Shown: positions 9,507 to 19,857, counted from the stretch's first letter. The stretch: DNA of 64,000 bases from Armatimonadota bacterium (GCA_012512265.1 JAAZEM010000131.1:1837-65836); one strand, 5' to 3'. Program-made: numbers and translations. Notes: a model not told the origin generated them from the sequence alone.

Positions 9507-10010
9507 GTGAATATGGAAGATAGAGAGCTGAGTGAGGTGCTGGAAGCCCTTCTCTTTGCCTCGGGCGAACCGGTGTCACTGGACCGGCTGATAGATGCGA
9601 CGGAGGAGCCGAGGGAGCGCGTGGCTCGCGTGCTGGAGGAGATGCGCGCCCAGCCGCGGGGCGGGCTCCTGGTGGCCGAAGTCGCCGGAGGCTGGATGCT
9701 TTGCACGCGTCCGGAGTATGCGCCCTTCATCACCCGACTTCTGCGAGTGCAGCCTCAGCGCCTCTCGCGGGCGGCATTGGAGACGCTGGCCATTATTGCC
9801 TACCGCCAGCCAATCACGGGTCCGGAGATAGAAGCGATCCGCGGGGTTTCAATCGACGGCGTGTTGGGAACGTTATTGGCCCGAGGGTTGGTCTGCGAAG
9901 CAGGGCGCAAACAGGCTCCCGGTCGCCCGATCCTCTACAAGACAACGGAGGAGTTTTTGCGGTATCTCGGCATACGGGATCTGGCCGAGCTGCCACCCTT
10001 GGAAGAATAG
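9507..10010 (+). CDS. scpB: segregation and condensation protein B
   Basis: LEALLFASGEPVSLDRL..., ALETLAIIAYRQPITGPEIEAIRGV, RPILYKTTEEFLRYLG. It lies immediately after scpA. ATG 9513 is an alternative start. Confidence 0.9.
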   Translation: MNMEDRELSEVLEALLFASGEPVSLDRLIDATEEPRERVARVLEEMRAQPRGGLLVAEVAGGWMLCTRPEYAPFITRLLRVQPQRLSRAALETLAIIAYRQPITGPEIEAIRGVSIDGVLGTLLARGLVCEAGRKQAPGRPILYKTTEEFLRYLGIRDLAELPPLEE

Positions 10011-11324
10011 ATGGCAAGAGACAGGTTGTTCGCCCCAAGACGTCGTAGGCGCCGGCTCTGGCCCTGGCTGCTGCTGTTAGCCGCCGCTCCGGCGCTTCTT
10101 GTTGCGCGCCCGCGCGCCGAAAGGCGCATGACAGCACGCGAGGTCGAGGTGGTGCGAGAAGTCCTGTTTACCGAGCGCGCGGTGCCTCCTCCGCCGCCGA
10201 TCACCGCCCAGAGCGCCATCCTCGTCGATGCGGATACCGGGAAGGTCCTCTATGAGCGGCATGCCCATGAGCGCCGGCCTATGGCATCGACGACGAAGAT
10301 CATGACCGCCCTCCTCGCGCTCGAGCACGCCCGGATGAACGACACGGTGGTGGTGAGCGAGCATGCCTCGAAGACGCCCTACACCGGGCTCTACCTCAAG
10401 CCGGGCGAGAAACTGACGGTGGGTGACCTCCTCTGGGCGCTCCTCCTGCGTTCCGCGAATGATGCGTGCGTCGCCATCGGCGAGCACATTGCGGGAAGCG
10501 AGGAGAAGTTCGTCGAGATGATGAACGCCCGGGCGCTGGAGATGGGCCTGAAGAACACGCACTTCAAGAACCCCCATGGCCTCCACGCCGAGGATCATTA
10601 CTCGACGGCATATGATCTCGCTCAGATGACGCGCGTGGCGATGCAGCACCCGCTCTTCGCACAGATCGTGGCGCGCAAGCGAAAGCGGATCGACCGCTCT
10701 ATCGAAAAGCAGGATGTGGTGGTGGTGAATAAGAACCGCCTGCTCTTCCGCTGGGATGCCGTGGATGGCGTGAAGACGGGCTACACGCGCCAGGCCGGGC
10801 ATTGCCTGGTTGCGTCCGCTTCCCAGGATGGATGGCGGCTGATCTCTGTTGTGTTGAAGAGTGGAAACTCGTGGGGCGACTCGCGCACGCTGCTCGAGCA
10901 CGGCTTCCGGCAGTACGAGCGCGTCCTGGTAGCCCGGAAGGGCACGCCCCTGTTACAGGTGCGCGTCGTGAACGGGCTTCAAGATTCCGTTCAGGCGATG
11001 TTGGTGAAAGACCTTTCAGTGGTGGTGCCGCGTGGCACGAAGGTTGATGTGCGCACGGAGGTGACCCCGGGCATGGCGCGCGCCCCGCTCTGGCGCGGCG
11101 ATTCCCTCGGCATTGTGGTCGCCCGTCAGGGCGAGACCGAGCTGGGACGCAGTCTGCTCCTTGCCGCCGATCCGGTGGAGCCGGCGCCAAAGCCCCTTCT
11201 CTCTCGCTTCCTGTTCTTTGGATTGGCCGGGTTCACCGGTCTTCTCGCCCTCTCAGTAGTGGTACGCCATGGAAGAAAGGCTGCACAAAGTACTGGCCGC
11301 CGCCGGCGTCGCCTCGCGCCGTGA
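10011..11324 (+). CDS. D-alanyl-D-alanine carboxypeptidase (S11 peptidase, PBP5-like) with N- and C-terminal hydrophobic anchors
   Basis: SAILVDADTGKVLYERHAHERRPMASTTKIMTALLA contains the SxxK active site (STTK). LLLRSANDA contains SxN, and a KTGYT motif is present. Confidence 0.9.
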   Translation: MARDRLFAPRRRRRRLWPWLLLLAAAPALLVARPRAERRMTAREVEVVREVLFTERAVPPPPPITAQSAILVDADTGKVLYERHAHERRPMASTTKIMTALLALEHARMNDTVVVSEHASKTPYTGLYLKPGEKLTVGDLLWALLLRSANDACVAIGEHIAGSEEKFVEMMNARALEMGLKNTHFKNPHGLHAEDHYSTAYDLAQMTRVAMQHPLFAQIVARKRKRIDRSIEKQDVVVVNKNRLLFRWDAVDGVKTGYTRQAGHCLVASASQDGWRLISVVLKSGNSWGDSRTLLEHGFRQYERVLVARKGTPLLQVRVVNGLQDSVQAMLVKDLSVVVPRGTKVDVRTEVTPGMARAPLWRGDSLGIVVARQGETELGRSLLLAADPVEPAPKPLLSRFLFFGLAGFTGLLALSVVVRHGRKAAQSTGRRRRRLAP

Positions 11325-12222
11325 AGCGGAGCGGCTGATCGCCGCAGGCCAAGTGGCCGTCGACGGGAAGACCGTCACCGAGATGGGCGTGAAGGTTGAC
11401 CCGGAGAAACACGCGATCAGCGTCGCGGGTCGCCCGGTGACGATCCCGCGGCGCAAGACGTACGTGCTCCTCAATAAGCCCGGAGGCTACGTCACCACCC
11501 GCGCCGATCCTCATGCCGGGCGCACGGTGATGGATCTGCTGCGCGATCTTGACGTGCCCGTGCATCCAGTGGGCCGGCTGGACAAGGATACCGAAGGCGC
11601 GCTGATCGTCACGAATGATGGGGAGCTCACGCAGTTGCTTACCCATCCCCGGCATGGGGTGCCGAAGATCTATCAGGCGCACGTTCAGGGCGTTCCCGAC
11701 GAAAAGGCGTTGGAAGCACTGCGCACCGGGGTCCGATTGGAGGATGGACTGACCGCGCCCGCTCAGGTGCGGCTACTCTACGCGGGCGAGGATCGCGCTG
11801 TGTTGGAGATCACGCTGCATGAGGGCCGCAAGCGCCAGGTGCGCCGGATGCTCGATGCGGTTGGGCATCCGGTGCGCTATCTGCGGCGCGTCGCCATCGG
11901 ACCGGTCAGCGTGCGCAAGCTGCCGCTCGGCGCGTGGCGCTATCTCACCCAGAAGGAAGTGCATGCGCTGATGCGCATGGCCAAAGGCGAAGTAACTCCG
12001 CAGGCGGCCATGCCGCGCCCGCAAGGAGGCGCTGCGGCCCGCCCCGGGAAAGCTCCACAGAGACGCGCGGCGCGTGCTCCGGCCAAAAACCTCGCAAGCC
12101 ACTCCGCTGCTCCCAAAGAGCGAGACGGGAGTGGACAGAGCGGTGATGGGGCAGGGGGCAGGCTCGCGCCACGCCGGGATGGCCGGATGAGCGGTAGGCC
12201 ACGCGATGCACGCAATCCTTGA
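11269..12222 (+). CDS. rluB: rRNA pseudouridine synthase (RluB/RsuA family) with a basic low-complexity tail
   Basis: S4 domain RLHKVLAAAGVASRREAERLI..G.V.V.G, catalytic VHPVGRLDKDTEGALIVTNDGEL, and HEGRKRQVRRM. Confidence 0.9.
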   Translation: MEERLHKVLAAAGVASRREAERLIAAGQVAVDGKTVTEMGVKVDPEKHAISVAGRPVTIPRRKTYVLLNKPGGYVTTRADPHAGRTVMDLLRDLDVPVHPVGRLDKDTEGALIVTNDGELTQLLTHPRHGVPKIYQAHVQGVPDEKALEALRTGVRLEDGLTAPAQVRLLYAGEDRAVLEITLHEGRKRQVRRMLDAVGHPVRYLRRVAIGPVSVRKLPLGAWRYLTQKEVHALMRMAKGEVTPQAAMPRPQGGAAARPGKAPQRRAARAPAKNLASHSAAPKERDGSGQSGDGAGGRLAPRRDGRMSGRPRDARNP

Positions 12223-13510
12223 GGTAGACCGGATTCGCTGTGGCTACACTGCGGCTCCGGTGTTGGAGGAGGTTTCTTTCTCTCTCGCGCCCGGCGAATT
12301 GGTGGCCGTCATTGGTCCGAACGGCTCCGGGAAATCGACGCTGCTGCGCGCGGTGAGCCGTACCCTGCGCCCGCAATCGGGCGAGGTCCGAGTGGAAGGC
12401 CGCGAGATCTACTCGGCGACGCCCCAGTGGGTGGCGCGGCGGATTGCCGTCGTGCCCCAGGAGACGCGTGTCGATTTTGCGTTCACCGTGCGCGAGATCG
12501 TGCTCATGGGCCGGCTCCCCCACCTTGGCCGCTTCGCGACGGAAAGCGCCACCGATTTCGCGATTGCCCGCGAGGCGCTCCAGCGTACCGGCGTGCTGAA
12601 GCTGGAGGATCGCTCTATTCTGGGGATCAGCGGCGGCGAGCGCCAGCGGGTGATGATCGCCCGCGCGTTGGCGCAACAGACACCCATCCTCCTCCTCGAC
12701 GAGCCGACAGCGCACCTCGATATCAACTACCAGATCGAGATCATGCGCCTGGTGAACACTCTGCGTGCCGATGGCGCGCGCGCGATCCTTGTCGTGCTTC
12801 ATGACCTCAACCTGGCCGCTCAGTTCTGCGACCGGCTTCTCATCCTTCATCGGGGCCGGATCTTCGCGGATGGCCCCCCGGAGAGTGTGCTCACGCGCGA
12901 GAATGTGCATCTGGCCTATGGCGCGGATGTTCTGGTGCGGCGGCACCCGCAGACCGGCCGGCCCTACGTGGTCGCGGAGGCCGGCCGCGGCCTGCCGCAG
13001 TTTGCCGAAGCCGAGGAGAGGCCGCTGGTCCATGTGATCTGCGGCGCGGGCACGGGCGAGGCCGTCTTTGAGAGCCTCCTGGAGCGCGGATGGCGCGTGA
13101 CCGCGGGCGTCGTCAACACGGGCGATAGCGATCAGGTGGCCGCGAAGCGCCTGAACGTGCGCTACGTGGACGAGGCGCCCTTTACGGCGATCACCGAGGA
13201 CACGCACCACGCTCACCTGCGCTTCATCGAGGACGCGGACGCGGTGCTCCTGACGCCCTTCCCGATGGGCCCGGCGAACCTGCGCAACCTGGACGCGGCG
13301 CATCACGCCCTCTCGCTGGGAAAGCCGGTGTGGCTTCTGGATGCAGCGGGCGCTCGGGCACGCGACTTCAGCGGAGGCGCCGCAGGAGATCGCTATGAGG
13401 CACTCCTCACTGCCGGCGCGTGCCCCATCGCATCGATCGCGGAGCTGCCGGTGCCTGCGGCCAGCAATAGCGCATCCGGTGACCGCTCTGGAACCCAGCC
13501 GAATGGGTGA
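12206..13510 (+). CDS. ABC transporter ATP-binding protein (FepC/FecE-like) fused to an uncharacterised C-terminal domain of about 165 aa
   Basis: Walker A GPNGSGKSTLL, signature ISGGERQRV, Walker B ILLLDEPTAHLD, and H-loop VLHDLN. After about aa 265 comes an extra domain (PLVHVICGAGTGEAVF...LLTPFPMGPANL...) that standard FepC lacks. Confidence 0.85.
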   Translation: MHAILEVDRIRCGYTAAPVLEEVSFSLAPGELVAVIGPNGSGKSTLLRAVSRTLRPQSGEVRVEGREIYSATPQWVARRIAVVPQETRVDFAFTVREIVLMGRLPHLGRFATESATDFAIAREALQRTGVLKLEDRSILGISGGERQRVMIARALAQQTPILLLDEPTAHLDINYQIEIMRLVNTLRADGARAILVVLHDLNLAAQFCDRLLILHRGRIFADGPPESVLTRENVHLAYGADVLVRRHPQTGRPYVVAEAGRGLPQFAEAEERPLVHVICGAGTGEAVFESLLERGWRVTAGVVNTGDSDQVAAKRLNVRYVDEAPFTAITEDTHHAHLRFIEDADAVLLTPFPMGPANLRNLDAAHHALSLGKPVWLLDAAGARARDFSGGAAGDRYEALLTAGACPIASIAELPVPAASNSASGDRSGTQPNG

Positions 13511-13610
13511 GTGAAAGGCCGGAGATAGACGCGTGGCGGAGAGGCTGCTCCCCCATCTGCTATCCGTCCGTTCCATCGCCTGACACGCCTGGATGCCGGA
13601 TGGACCGGAT

Positions 13611-14555
13611 TCAAGGCGCTGAGGAGACCCGATTGCGACCCGTCACCTTGGCATGGTAGAGGGCGCGGTCGGCTTCGGCGATCAGGTGGCCGGCATCCGG
13701 CACATCCCCATCTGACGCCGCGGCCACACCGATGCTGGTCGTGCAGTGGATAGTTTGCCCGCCGATGTCGAAGAGCTCCTGCTCGACGCGCTGGCGAATC
13801 CGCTCGGCCAGCACACGGGCGCCCTCGGCACCTGTCTGTGGAAGGATGATCAAGAACTCTTCGCCGCCATAACGGCCCACCACGTCCACCGAGCGCACGG
13901 AGGTGCGCAAGATGTCGGCGACCTGGCGGAGGACCGCATCGCCCGCTGGATGGCCATATGTGTCATTGATCCGCTTGAAGTGATCGAGATCGAGCATCAG
14001 GCAGGAGAGGGGCAGGCGATACCGCTTTGCCCGGGGCACCTCCTCGGAGAGGCGTTGCTCGAGGTAGCGGCGGTTATGCAGTCGGGTGAGCTCATCGTGG
14101 GTAGCCAGCTCGGCGAGGAGCCGGTTGCGCTCTCGAAGCGCATCCTGTAACGCCTTGAGACGCAGGGCCACGTTGACGCGGGCGAGTAGCTCCTCACGGT
14201 GAAACGGCTTTGTGATGTAGTCATTGGCGCCCTCGCGCAGCGCACGGAGCTTGTTCTCCAGGGCGGCCGAGGCGGTCACGAAGATCACCGGAATATGCTG
14301 GGTGCGCTCGTCGTGCCGGAGTGCCTGCGCCACGCTGAGACCGTCCATCCCGGGCATCTCCAGATCCATCAGGATGAGATCAGGTTGGTGAAGGCGGGCC
14401 TGGTGGAGTACCTCGTCGCCGTGGGTTGTCGAGAGGACCTGGTAGTCTTCGCTCACCAGGATGGTGCTCACCAGGTCGATACTCTCAGGCTCGTCATCAG
14501 CTACCAACACGCGCCGTCCTCGAAGTACGATGAGGGGTTCGCCTGTTTGGTCCAT
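13611..14555 (-). CDS. response regulator-diguanylate cyclase (REC + GGDEF, PleD-like)
   Basis: The receiver shows VLVADDEPESID...DLILMDLEMPGMDG...KP. The GGDEF domain has RYGGEEF preceded by an RSVD (RxxD) I-site. The start lies 1 nt after the tadC stop. Confidence 0.9.
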   Translation of the reverse strand: MDQTGEPLIVLRGRRVLVADDEPESIDLVSTILVSEDYQVLSTTHGDEVLHQARLHQPDLILMDLEMPGMDGLSVAQALRHDERTQHIPVIFVTASAALENKLRALREGANDYITKPFHREELLARVNVALRLKALQDALRERNRLLAELATHDELTRLHNRRYLEQRLSEEVPRAKRYRLPLSCLMLDLDHFKRINDTYGHPAGDAVLRQVADILRTSVRSVDVVGRYGGEEFLIILPQTGAEGARVLAERIRQRVEQELFDIGGQTIHCTTSIGVAAASDGDVPDAGHLIAEADRALYHAKVTGRNRVSSAP

Positions 14556-14556
14556 C

Positions 14557-15486
14557 TCAGCGACCTCCTGCTCCCAGGTTGTCTAGCATCTGGATGACCG
14601 CCGGGCCAAGAATCACCGCGAAGAGCGCTGGCAAGATGAGGAAGACGAGCGGGAAAAGCATCTTCACGGGGATCTTCATGGCCGCCTCCCTTGCGCGCTC
14701 GCGGCGGAGATTGCGCATCAGATCCGCCTGTACCCGCAGCACCTGGCCGATGCCCAGGCCGAGGCGTTCGGCCTGGACAATCGCCGCGACGAAGGTGTTC
14801 AGGTCCTCCACGGCGCATCGGTCGCGCATGTCGCGGAGGGCATCGCGGCGCGGCTTACCAATGCGGACCTCATAGGCCACTTGCTGAAACTCCTGCGAGA
14901 GGGGCCCTTCCACCTTCTCGGTCACCTTCTGCATCGCCGCATCGAACGCCAGCCCGGCCTCGACGCTCACGCAGAGGAGGTCGAGGACGTAGGGCAGAGA
15001 GTGCTGGATCTGCTTGCGCCGCTGCTTCGTCTTCTGCAGGATCATCCAATCGACCAGGAGAAAGCCGACGGCGGAGCCGCCCAGTGCGAACAGCACGGAC
15101 TGCTCGGGCTTCTTATGCAGCACCGCGGCGCCCAGCGCGAGGCCTACGATCGCGCCGGTGGCGGCGAGCACGATCTTGGCGAAGATTACCTCCTCTGAGT
15201 GGGCGCGCCAGGGATTGCCCGCGATCTGCAGGCGGCGTCGGATGCTGTCCTTGAGGCCGGGTGGTGAGAAGCGGGCCACCAGCAGGAGGGCGCGCTGCGC
15301 GACGGGGCCGATGAGGCGCGCAAGGACCGGCCGGCGCAGTTCCGCCTCTTCCGGGGTCAGCTCCTGAGTCTCCTTCGTCTGGCGCTGCAGCCGCGCCAGA
15401 GGGGAAGTACTCTCCCGCTCGATCCGGATTCCGATCGTCAAGAAGATGATCGACAGGAAGAAGGTGAGAGCGATGAGAACCAGCAT
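14557..15486 (-). CDS. tadC: type II secretion system F family protein (TadC)
   Basis: Polytopic membrane protein with a T2SSF-type core (LPYVLDLLCVSVEAGLAFDAAM...REAAMKIPVKMLFPLVFLILPALF). It follows tadB. Confidence 0.85.
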   Translation of the reverse strand: MLVLIALTFFLSIIFLTIGIRIERESTSPLARLQRQTKETQELTPEEAELRRPVLARLIGPVAQRALLLVARFSPPGLKDSIRRRLQIAGNPWRAHSEEVIFAKIVLAATGAIVGLALGAAVLHKKPEQSVLFALGGSAVGFLLVDWMILQKTKQRRKQIQHSLPYVLDLLCVSVEAGLAFDAAMQKVTEKVEGPLSQEFQQVAYEVRIGKPRRDALRDMRDRCAVEDLNTFVAAIVQAERLGLGIGQVLRVQADLMRNLRRERAREAAMKIPVKMLFPLVFLILPALFAVILGPAVIQMLDNLGAGGR

Positions 15487-15494
15487 CGTTCCTG

Positions 15495-16490
15495 CTATAC
15501 CTCGATCTTGACCACGCGCATGATGGCCAGAATCCCTATCACTTGCAGCACGCCGCCCGCGATCAGCATTCCCTTGCCCATCGCGGTGGTTAAGAGCAGA
15601 TTCATATAGTCTGGGTTCACGGATGTGAGTAACAGTGTCAGCCCGATCGGGAGCGCGCAGAGGATGCCCCCGGATAGCTTTCCCTGAGCCGTCAATGTCT
15701 GGATCTCACGCTTCAGCTTCACGCGCATCCGGATCGTCTCGGCGATGTTTTCCAAGATCTCCGCCAGGTTGCCGCCCACCTCCCTCTGGATCATGAACGC
15801 AGTGACCGCGAGGTCCAGGTCCTCGCTGTGACAGCGCTGAGTCATCTTGAGGAAGGCTTCCTGGACCGGCACGCCGAGTGTGATATCACGTAGCGTGCGC
15901 TCGAACTCCTCGCTGATCGGTGGAGGCATCTCGCGCGACACCACCTCCATCGCATCCAGGAAGCTCGTTCCCGAGCGCAACGAGTTCGTCATCAGGAGCA
16001 GGGCATCCGAAACCTGGAGATCGATCTTCGCGAACCGCATCCGTTGGCTGATCCGCAAGACGTAAAAAGGCGCGAAGCCGGCCACTAGGGCGACCGTCAA
16101 CGCCACAAAGAGGTTGCTCGAAAAGAACTGTACGATCGCCAGCGTCAGGAAGAGCGCGGTGACGGTGATGTAGAGAAACTCTACCGCCTTCAGTGGAATG
16201 CGCGCCAGGGCCAATGCATGGTCCAATTGAGCGAGGATGGGCCGAATCCGCGTCCGAGAGAGGATGCGCGTGAGCATCGGAAGCAGGGTGCGCGGTTTTT
16301 GCGGGGCAGAGGCGTCTGACTCGGGGGCATCTTTCTGGCTCTTTTTGCCCAGCCGCTCTTGCAGGATCCGCTTCGATCGCCGGTGCAGCAGGATGCTTGC
16401 GATTGGGACGATCTGCATCAGGCCCCTGATGGAGAGGTACGCGCCCGCGATCCCGAACAAGATGCCATAGATAAGCAGCCGGCTGTTCAC
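15495..16490 (-). CDS. tadB: type II secretion system F family protein (TadB)
   Basis: T2SSF core (LLMTNSLRSGTSFLDAM...LTAQGKLSGGILCALPIGL). GTG 16490 is preceded by GGAGG (16496-16500) and begins just after the cpaF stop, so the ORF-track start at 16592 is an overextension. Confidence 0.85.
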   Translation of the reverse strand: MNSRLLIYGILFGIAGAYLSIRGLMQIVPIASILLHRRSKRILQERLGKKSQKDAPESDASAPQKPRTLLPMLTRILSRTRIRPILAQLDHALALARIPLKAVEFLYITVTALFLTLAIVQFFSSNLFVALTVALVAGFAPFYVLRISQRMRFAKIDLQVSDALLLMTNSLRSGTSFLDAMEVVSREMPPPISEEFERTLRDITLGVPVQEAFLKMTQRCHSEDLDLAVTAFMIQREVGGNLAEILENIAETIRMRVKLKREIQTLTAQGKLSGGILCALPIGLTLLLTSVNPDYMNLLLTTAMGKGMLIAGGVLQVIGILAIMRVVKIEV

Positions 16491-16500
16491 CGAAACCTCC

Positions 16501-18474
16501 TCAACGCCCTGGCGCAAAGAGCGAAGCGGGAAGGCTGATTCCCGCCTGTTCAAACTTCTCCAGGCATTTCGGGCGCAATCCGGTTGCCTCATGCCGGGCG
16601 ATCACCTTGTTGTTCTTGTCGACGCCGAGTTGGCGCAGGACGAAGATATCCTGCAGCGTGATCACATCGCCCTCCATCCCGACGACTTCGGTGATCTGGA
16701 TAATCTTGCGCGAGCCATCGCGCAATCGCGCCTGCTGGATGATGAGGTCAATCGCCGCGGCGATCTGCTCGCGAATGGCGCGCACCGGCAGCTCCATGCC
16801 CGACATCAGGGCCATCGTTTCCAGGCGCGAGAGCATCTCGCGAGGCGAGTTGGCGTGGCCAGTCGTCAATGAGCCGTCGTGGCCGGTGTTCATCGCCTGA
16901 AGCATATCGAGGGCCTCGCCGCGTCGGCACTCGCCGACGACGATCCGGTCAGGGCGCATGCGGAGCGAGTTCACTACCAGGTCCCGGATGGTGACCGCAC
17001 CTTTGCCCTCGATGTTCGGCGGGCGCGCCTCCAGGGTGACGACGTGAGGCTGCTTGAGCTGCAGCTCTGCGGCATCCTCGATTGTGACGATCCGCTCATC
17101 CGCCGGGATGAACCCGGAGAGACAGTTGAGGAGCGTCGTCTTCCCCGATCCCGTGCCTCCGGAGACCACGATGTTCAGCTTGGCGAGCACTGCGGCGCGC
17201 AGAAAATCGGCCATGCCATGGGTCAGGGTGCCGAAGGAGATCAAGTCTTCGATGGTGAGCGGGTCGCGCGAGAACTTGCGGATCGTGAGCGATGCCCCGC
17301 GCAGGGCGATGGGTGGGATGACGGCATTCACGCGCGAGCCATCCTGGAGACGCGCATCCACGAGCGGGCTTGCCTCATCGATGCGCCGGCCCACCGCCGA
17401 ACAGATCTTCTGGATGATGCCGATCAGGTGCTCGTCGTCGCGGAATTGCTTCTCCGAAAGCTGCAACCGCCCGTCGCGCTCGTACCAGATCTGCTTCGGG
17501 CCATTCACCATGATCTCGCTCACGGACGGGTCGTTCAGGAGGGCCTGAAGTGGTCCGAGACCCGTCACCTCGTCCAGGAGCTCGAAGACAAGCTGGTTGC
17601 GCTGCGTGCGGCTGACGGCGACGCCCTGTTCGTCCAGCAGGTTGAGGATGATCTCCTGCACCTGGCGACGGAGGGCCATCTCGTCGCCGCGCGCTAGAAA
17701 CTCCTGATCGAGTTGTGCGATCAGGCGGTCGAGAAGGCGGTATTTTAGCTCGTAGAACGACTCGATGGCGGTGACGGAGGCTGTCTCGCGTTGGGTTTGC
17801 AGGTTCTGGAAGGGGTTGCCCAGCGCCTTGGTGATCGTCAGTGTCGGCGTGGGCGCGAGGGGCGGCAGCACGGCCTGCACCCGGGCGCCATCCTGAAGCG
17901 TGGCCGACATGCGCGGGATGCTATCATCGAGCGGGACCTCCACCAGACTGGCGATACGGCGAACGATGAGCACCAGATGGGCGTCATCCTTGAAGGCGGC
18001 ATCGGTTTTCTCCAGGCCGCTGTAACGCTCGGCGAGCACCTCGCGAGGCCCATTGACAACGATGCGCCTGACCGTGGAGTCGTCCAGGAGCGATTCGAGC
18101 GGGCCGAGGCCGAACAGCTCGTCGTAGAGGCGCGAGAAGACCTTGGTGCGTTCTGTCGGGGTGAGGCTAATCCCCTCCTGCTGTAGGATGGGGAGCGCGT
18201 GCTCCTCGATCGCGTACATCCGCTGGTCGCGCTCACCGCGCTCCACATTGCGTGAAGTCACTCCCGACGGCGCGATTACCTGGCCAACCTGCGCCATCAA
18301 TCGCCAGACGATGCCATCGAGCTCCGGGGGCTGGGTTGCCTGAGGTTGCGAGGTGCCGGCAGCAGGCAAGCGTTCGGGCGCGTCGGGGGTGGGCAATCGA
18401 TCCGCCATGGGCTGCCGGTCTGGATCCGGCAGCGGGGCACCTCCTCCTTTGCTGATGCGGGAAAGCAGCGACAT
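16501..18474 (-). CDS. cpaF: CpaF/TadA-family secretion ATPase with a duplicated N-terminal domain
   Basis: Walker [13 protein letters not shown], Asp box [10 protein letters not shown], Walker [15 protein letters not shown]-like, His box [13 protein letters not shown]. The likely start is ATG 18474 ([11 protein letters not shown]). Confidence 0.9.
   Translation of the reverse strand: MSLLSRISKGGGAPLPDPDRQPMADRLPTPDAPERLPAAGTSQPQATQPPELDGIVWRLMAQVGQVIAPSGVTSRNVERGERDQRMYAIEEHALPILQQEGISLTPTERTKVFSRLYDELFGLGPLESLLDDSTVRRIVVNGPREVLAERYSGLEKTDAAFKDDAHLVLIVRRIASLVEVPLDDSIPRMSATLQDGARVQAVLPPLAPTPTLTITKALGNPFQNLQTQRETASVTAIESFYELKYRLLDRLIAQLDQEFLARGDEMALRRQVQEIILNLLDEQGVAVSRTQRNQLVFELLDEVTGLGPLQALLNDPSVSEIMVNGPKQIWYERDGRLQLSEKQFRDDEHLIGIIQKICSAVGRRIDEASPLVDARLQDGSRVNAVIPPIALRGASLTIRKFSRDPLTIEDLISFGTLTHGMADFLRAAVLAKLNIVVSGGTGSGKTTLLNCLSGFIPADERIVTIEDAAELQLKQPHVVTLEARPPNIEGKGAVTIRDLVVNSLRMRPDRIVVGECRRGEALDMLQAMNTGHDGSLTTGHANSPREMLSRLETMALMSGMELPVRAIREQIAAAIDLIIQQARLRDGSRKIIQITEVVGMEGDVITLQDIFVLRQLGVDKNNKVIARHEATGLRPKCLEKFEQAGISLPASLFAPGR
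17275..18222 (-). repeat. intragenic tandem duplication of the CpaF helical-bundle/N-terminal domain (copy 1 at 17827-18222, copy 2 at 17275-17673)
   Basis: Copy 1 reads [56 protein letters not shown]. Copy 2 reads [56 protein letters not shown]. Confidence 0.7.
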
Positions 18475-18618
18475 AACAGCTCCGCGGCCCGCCAGTACCC
18501 AGGCGCGTCGCAAGCTTCCGGAGCGCCTCCGGCCGGCGAGGCCAGCTCATCCCCTTTCCGAATAACGCTTCAAACCACGTGAATGCGGGTTCTGAATAAG
18601 CTCTACGCCACCGTGGGG

Positions 18619-19857
18619 TTAGCTTGAGGTGCCAGTGCCTAGCAGCTGGCGCAAAAGCATGCCAAAGCCCTTGCGCGGCGCTTCGGCAGGTGCCCGCACC
18701 GCTTCGAACTCCGGCGCGAAGAGATAGGCCAGTTGGTGAATTGCCTCGCTCACCTTTGCCTCTGGGTTCGATATCACAAAGGGAGTTCCTTGATTTACGG
18801 ACGCCACGACGGTCCGCCCCTCGCTAGGGATACGGGCGGCCACCGGGTGTTCAAGATACTCCTCCACTTCGTCTGCCTTGATCCCCATCTCGCCTGTTGC
18901 GCGGTTGATCACCAGCTTGATCTTCTCCGTCTCGTAGTGCAGGTCGTGCATCGTCTCGAGGCAGATCTTGGCGTTGCGCAGCGAGGGCACGTCGAGATTG
19001 GTGATGAGCAGGATCTCATCCGAGAGGTCGAGCGCCGCCAGGGTGGTGTCGTTCAGCACGGAGGCAGCATCCACGATGACGTAGCGATAGCTCTCCTTGA
19101 GGACGCGGAGCACTTGCTGCACGCAGTAGACGGTCACCGTCTCGGCATACTGGGGCCGCGGCGGAGCGGCGAGAAGCCGGACGCCGGACTCGTGCGGTGT
19201 CAGAAAAGTCTCAATCATGCTCGCGTCCAGGTGTTGGAACTGGGGCAGCGCATCCACGATGGTCCGCTGTGGGGCCAGATTCAGGACGAGGTCCAGATCT
19301 CCAAACTGCAGGTTGAGATCGACGAGAGCTACCGGGTCTCCCGTATCGAGCGCCAGCGCCACCGCCATGTTGGCCGAGAGCGTGGTCTTGCCCACGCCAT
19401 CATGCGGGCTGTAGAAGGTGATGATCTTGGAGTCTACGGGGGAACGCGGGGTGAGGCCGCGCTCGCGCTGCTTGCGCCGGCGCTCTTTGTCCCACACGCG
19501 TTGGGTGGCGGTCACCACCTCGTCACTGGTGAACGGCTTGATGAGATAGTCGCGTGCGCCGGCCTGCATCGCCTTGCGGAGGTACTCCTGGTCTCCCGCC
19601 GCGGACATGACGATCACGCAGGAGTCGGGGTGGTCGGTGGTAATGCGCTCGGTCGCCTGGATCCCATCGACGCCCGGCATATTCACATCCATGATGACCA
19701 CGTCAGGATGAAGCTCGGCCACCCGCTGAACGGCCTCCTGACCGTCCGACGCCTCGCCGACCACCTGGATCTCCTTTTCGAGGGAGAGAATGTTTCGCAA
19801 CGTCTCCCTCGTCTGCTCGGAGTCATCCACAATCAGGACTTTGATGTCCTCTTGCAT
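18619..19857 (-). CDS. cpaE: response-regulator receiver fused to a CpaE-like (MinD/ParA family) pilus assembly ATPase
   Basis: Canonical REC residues (VDDSEQ...VIMDVNMPGVDG...MSA...IKP), followed by the deviant Walker A SPHDGVGKTTLSANMA and a MinD-like core. Confidence 0.85.
   Translation of the reverse strand: MQEDIKVLIVDDSEQTRETLRNILSLEKEIQVVGEASDGQEAVQRVAELHPDVVIMDVNMPGVDGIQATERITTDHPDSCVIVMSAAGDQEYLRKAMQAGARDYLIKPFTSDEVVTATQRVWDKERRRKQRERGLTPRSPVDSKIITFYSPHDGVGKTTLSANMAVALALDTGDPVALVDLNLQFGDLDLVLNLAPQRTIVDALPQFQHLDASMIETFLTPHESGVRLLAAPPRPQYAETVTVYCVQQVLRVLKESYRYVIVDAASVLNDTTLAALDLSDEILLITNLDVPSLRNAKICLETMHDLHYETEKIKLVINRATGEMGIKADEVEEYLEHPVAARIPSEGRTVVASVNQGTPFVISNPEAKVSEAIHQLAYLFAPEFEAVRAPAEAPRKGFGMLLRQLLGTGTSS

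Noticed and set aside
11945-13576. 543-aa - strand ORF
   Set aside because: It is an antisense shadow of the ABC ATPase gene.
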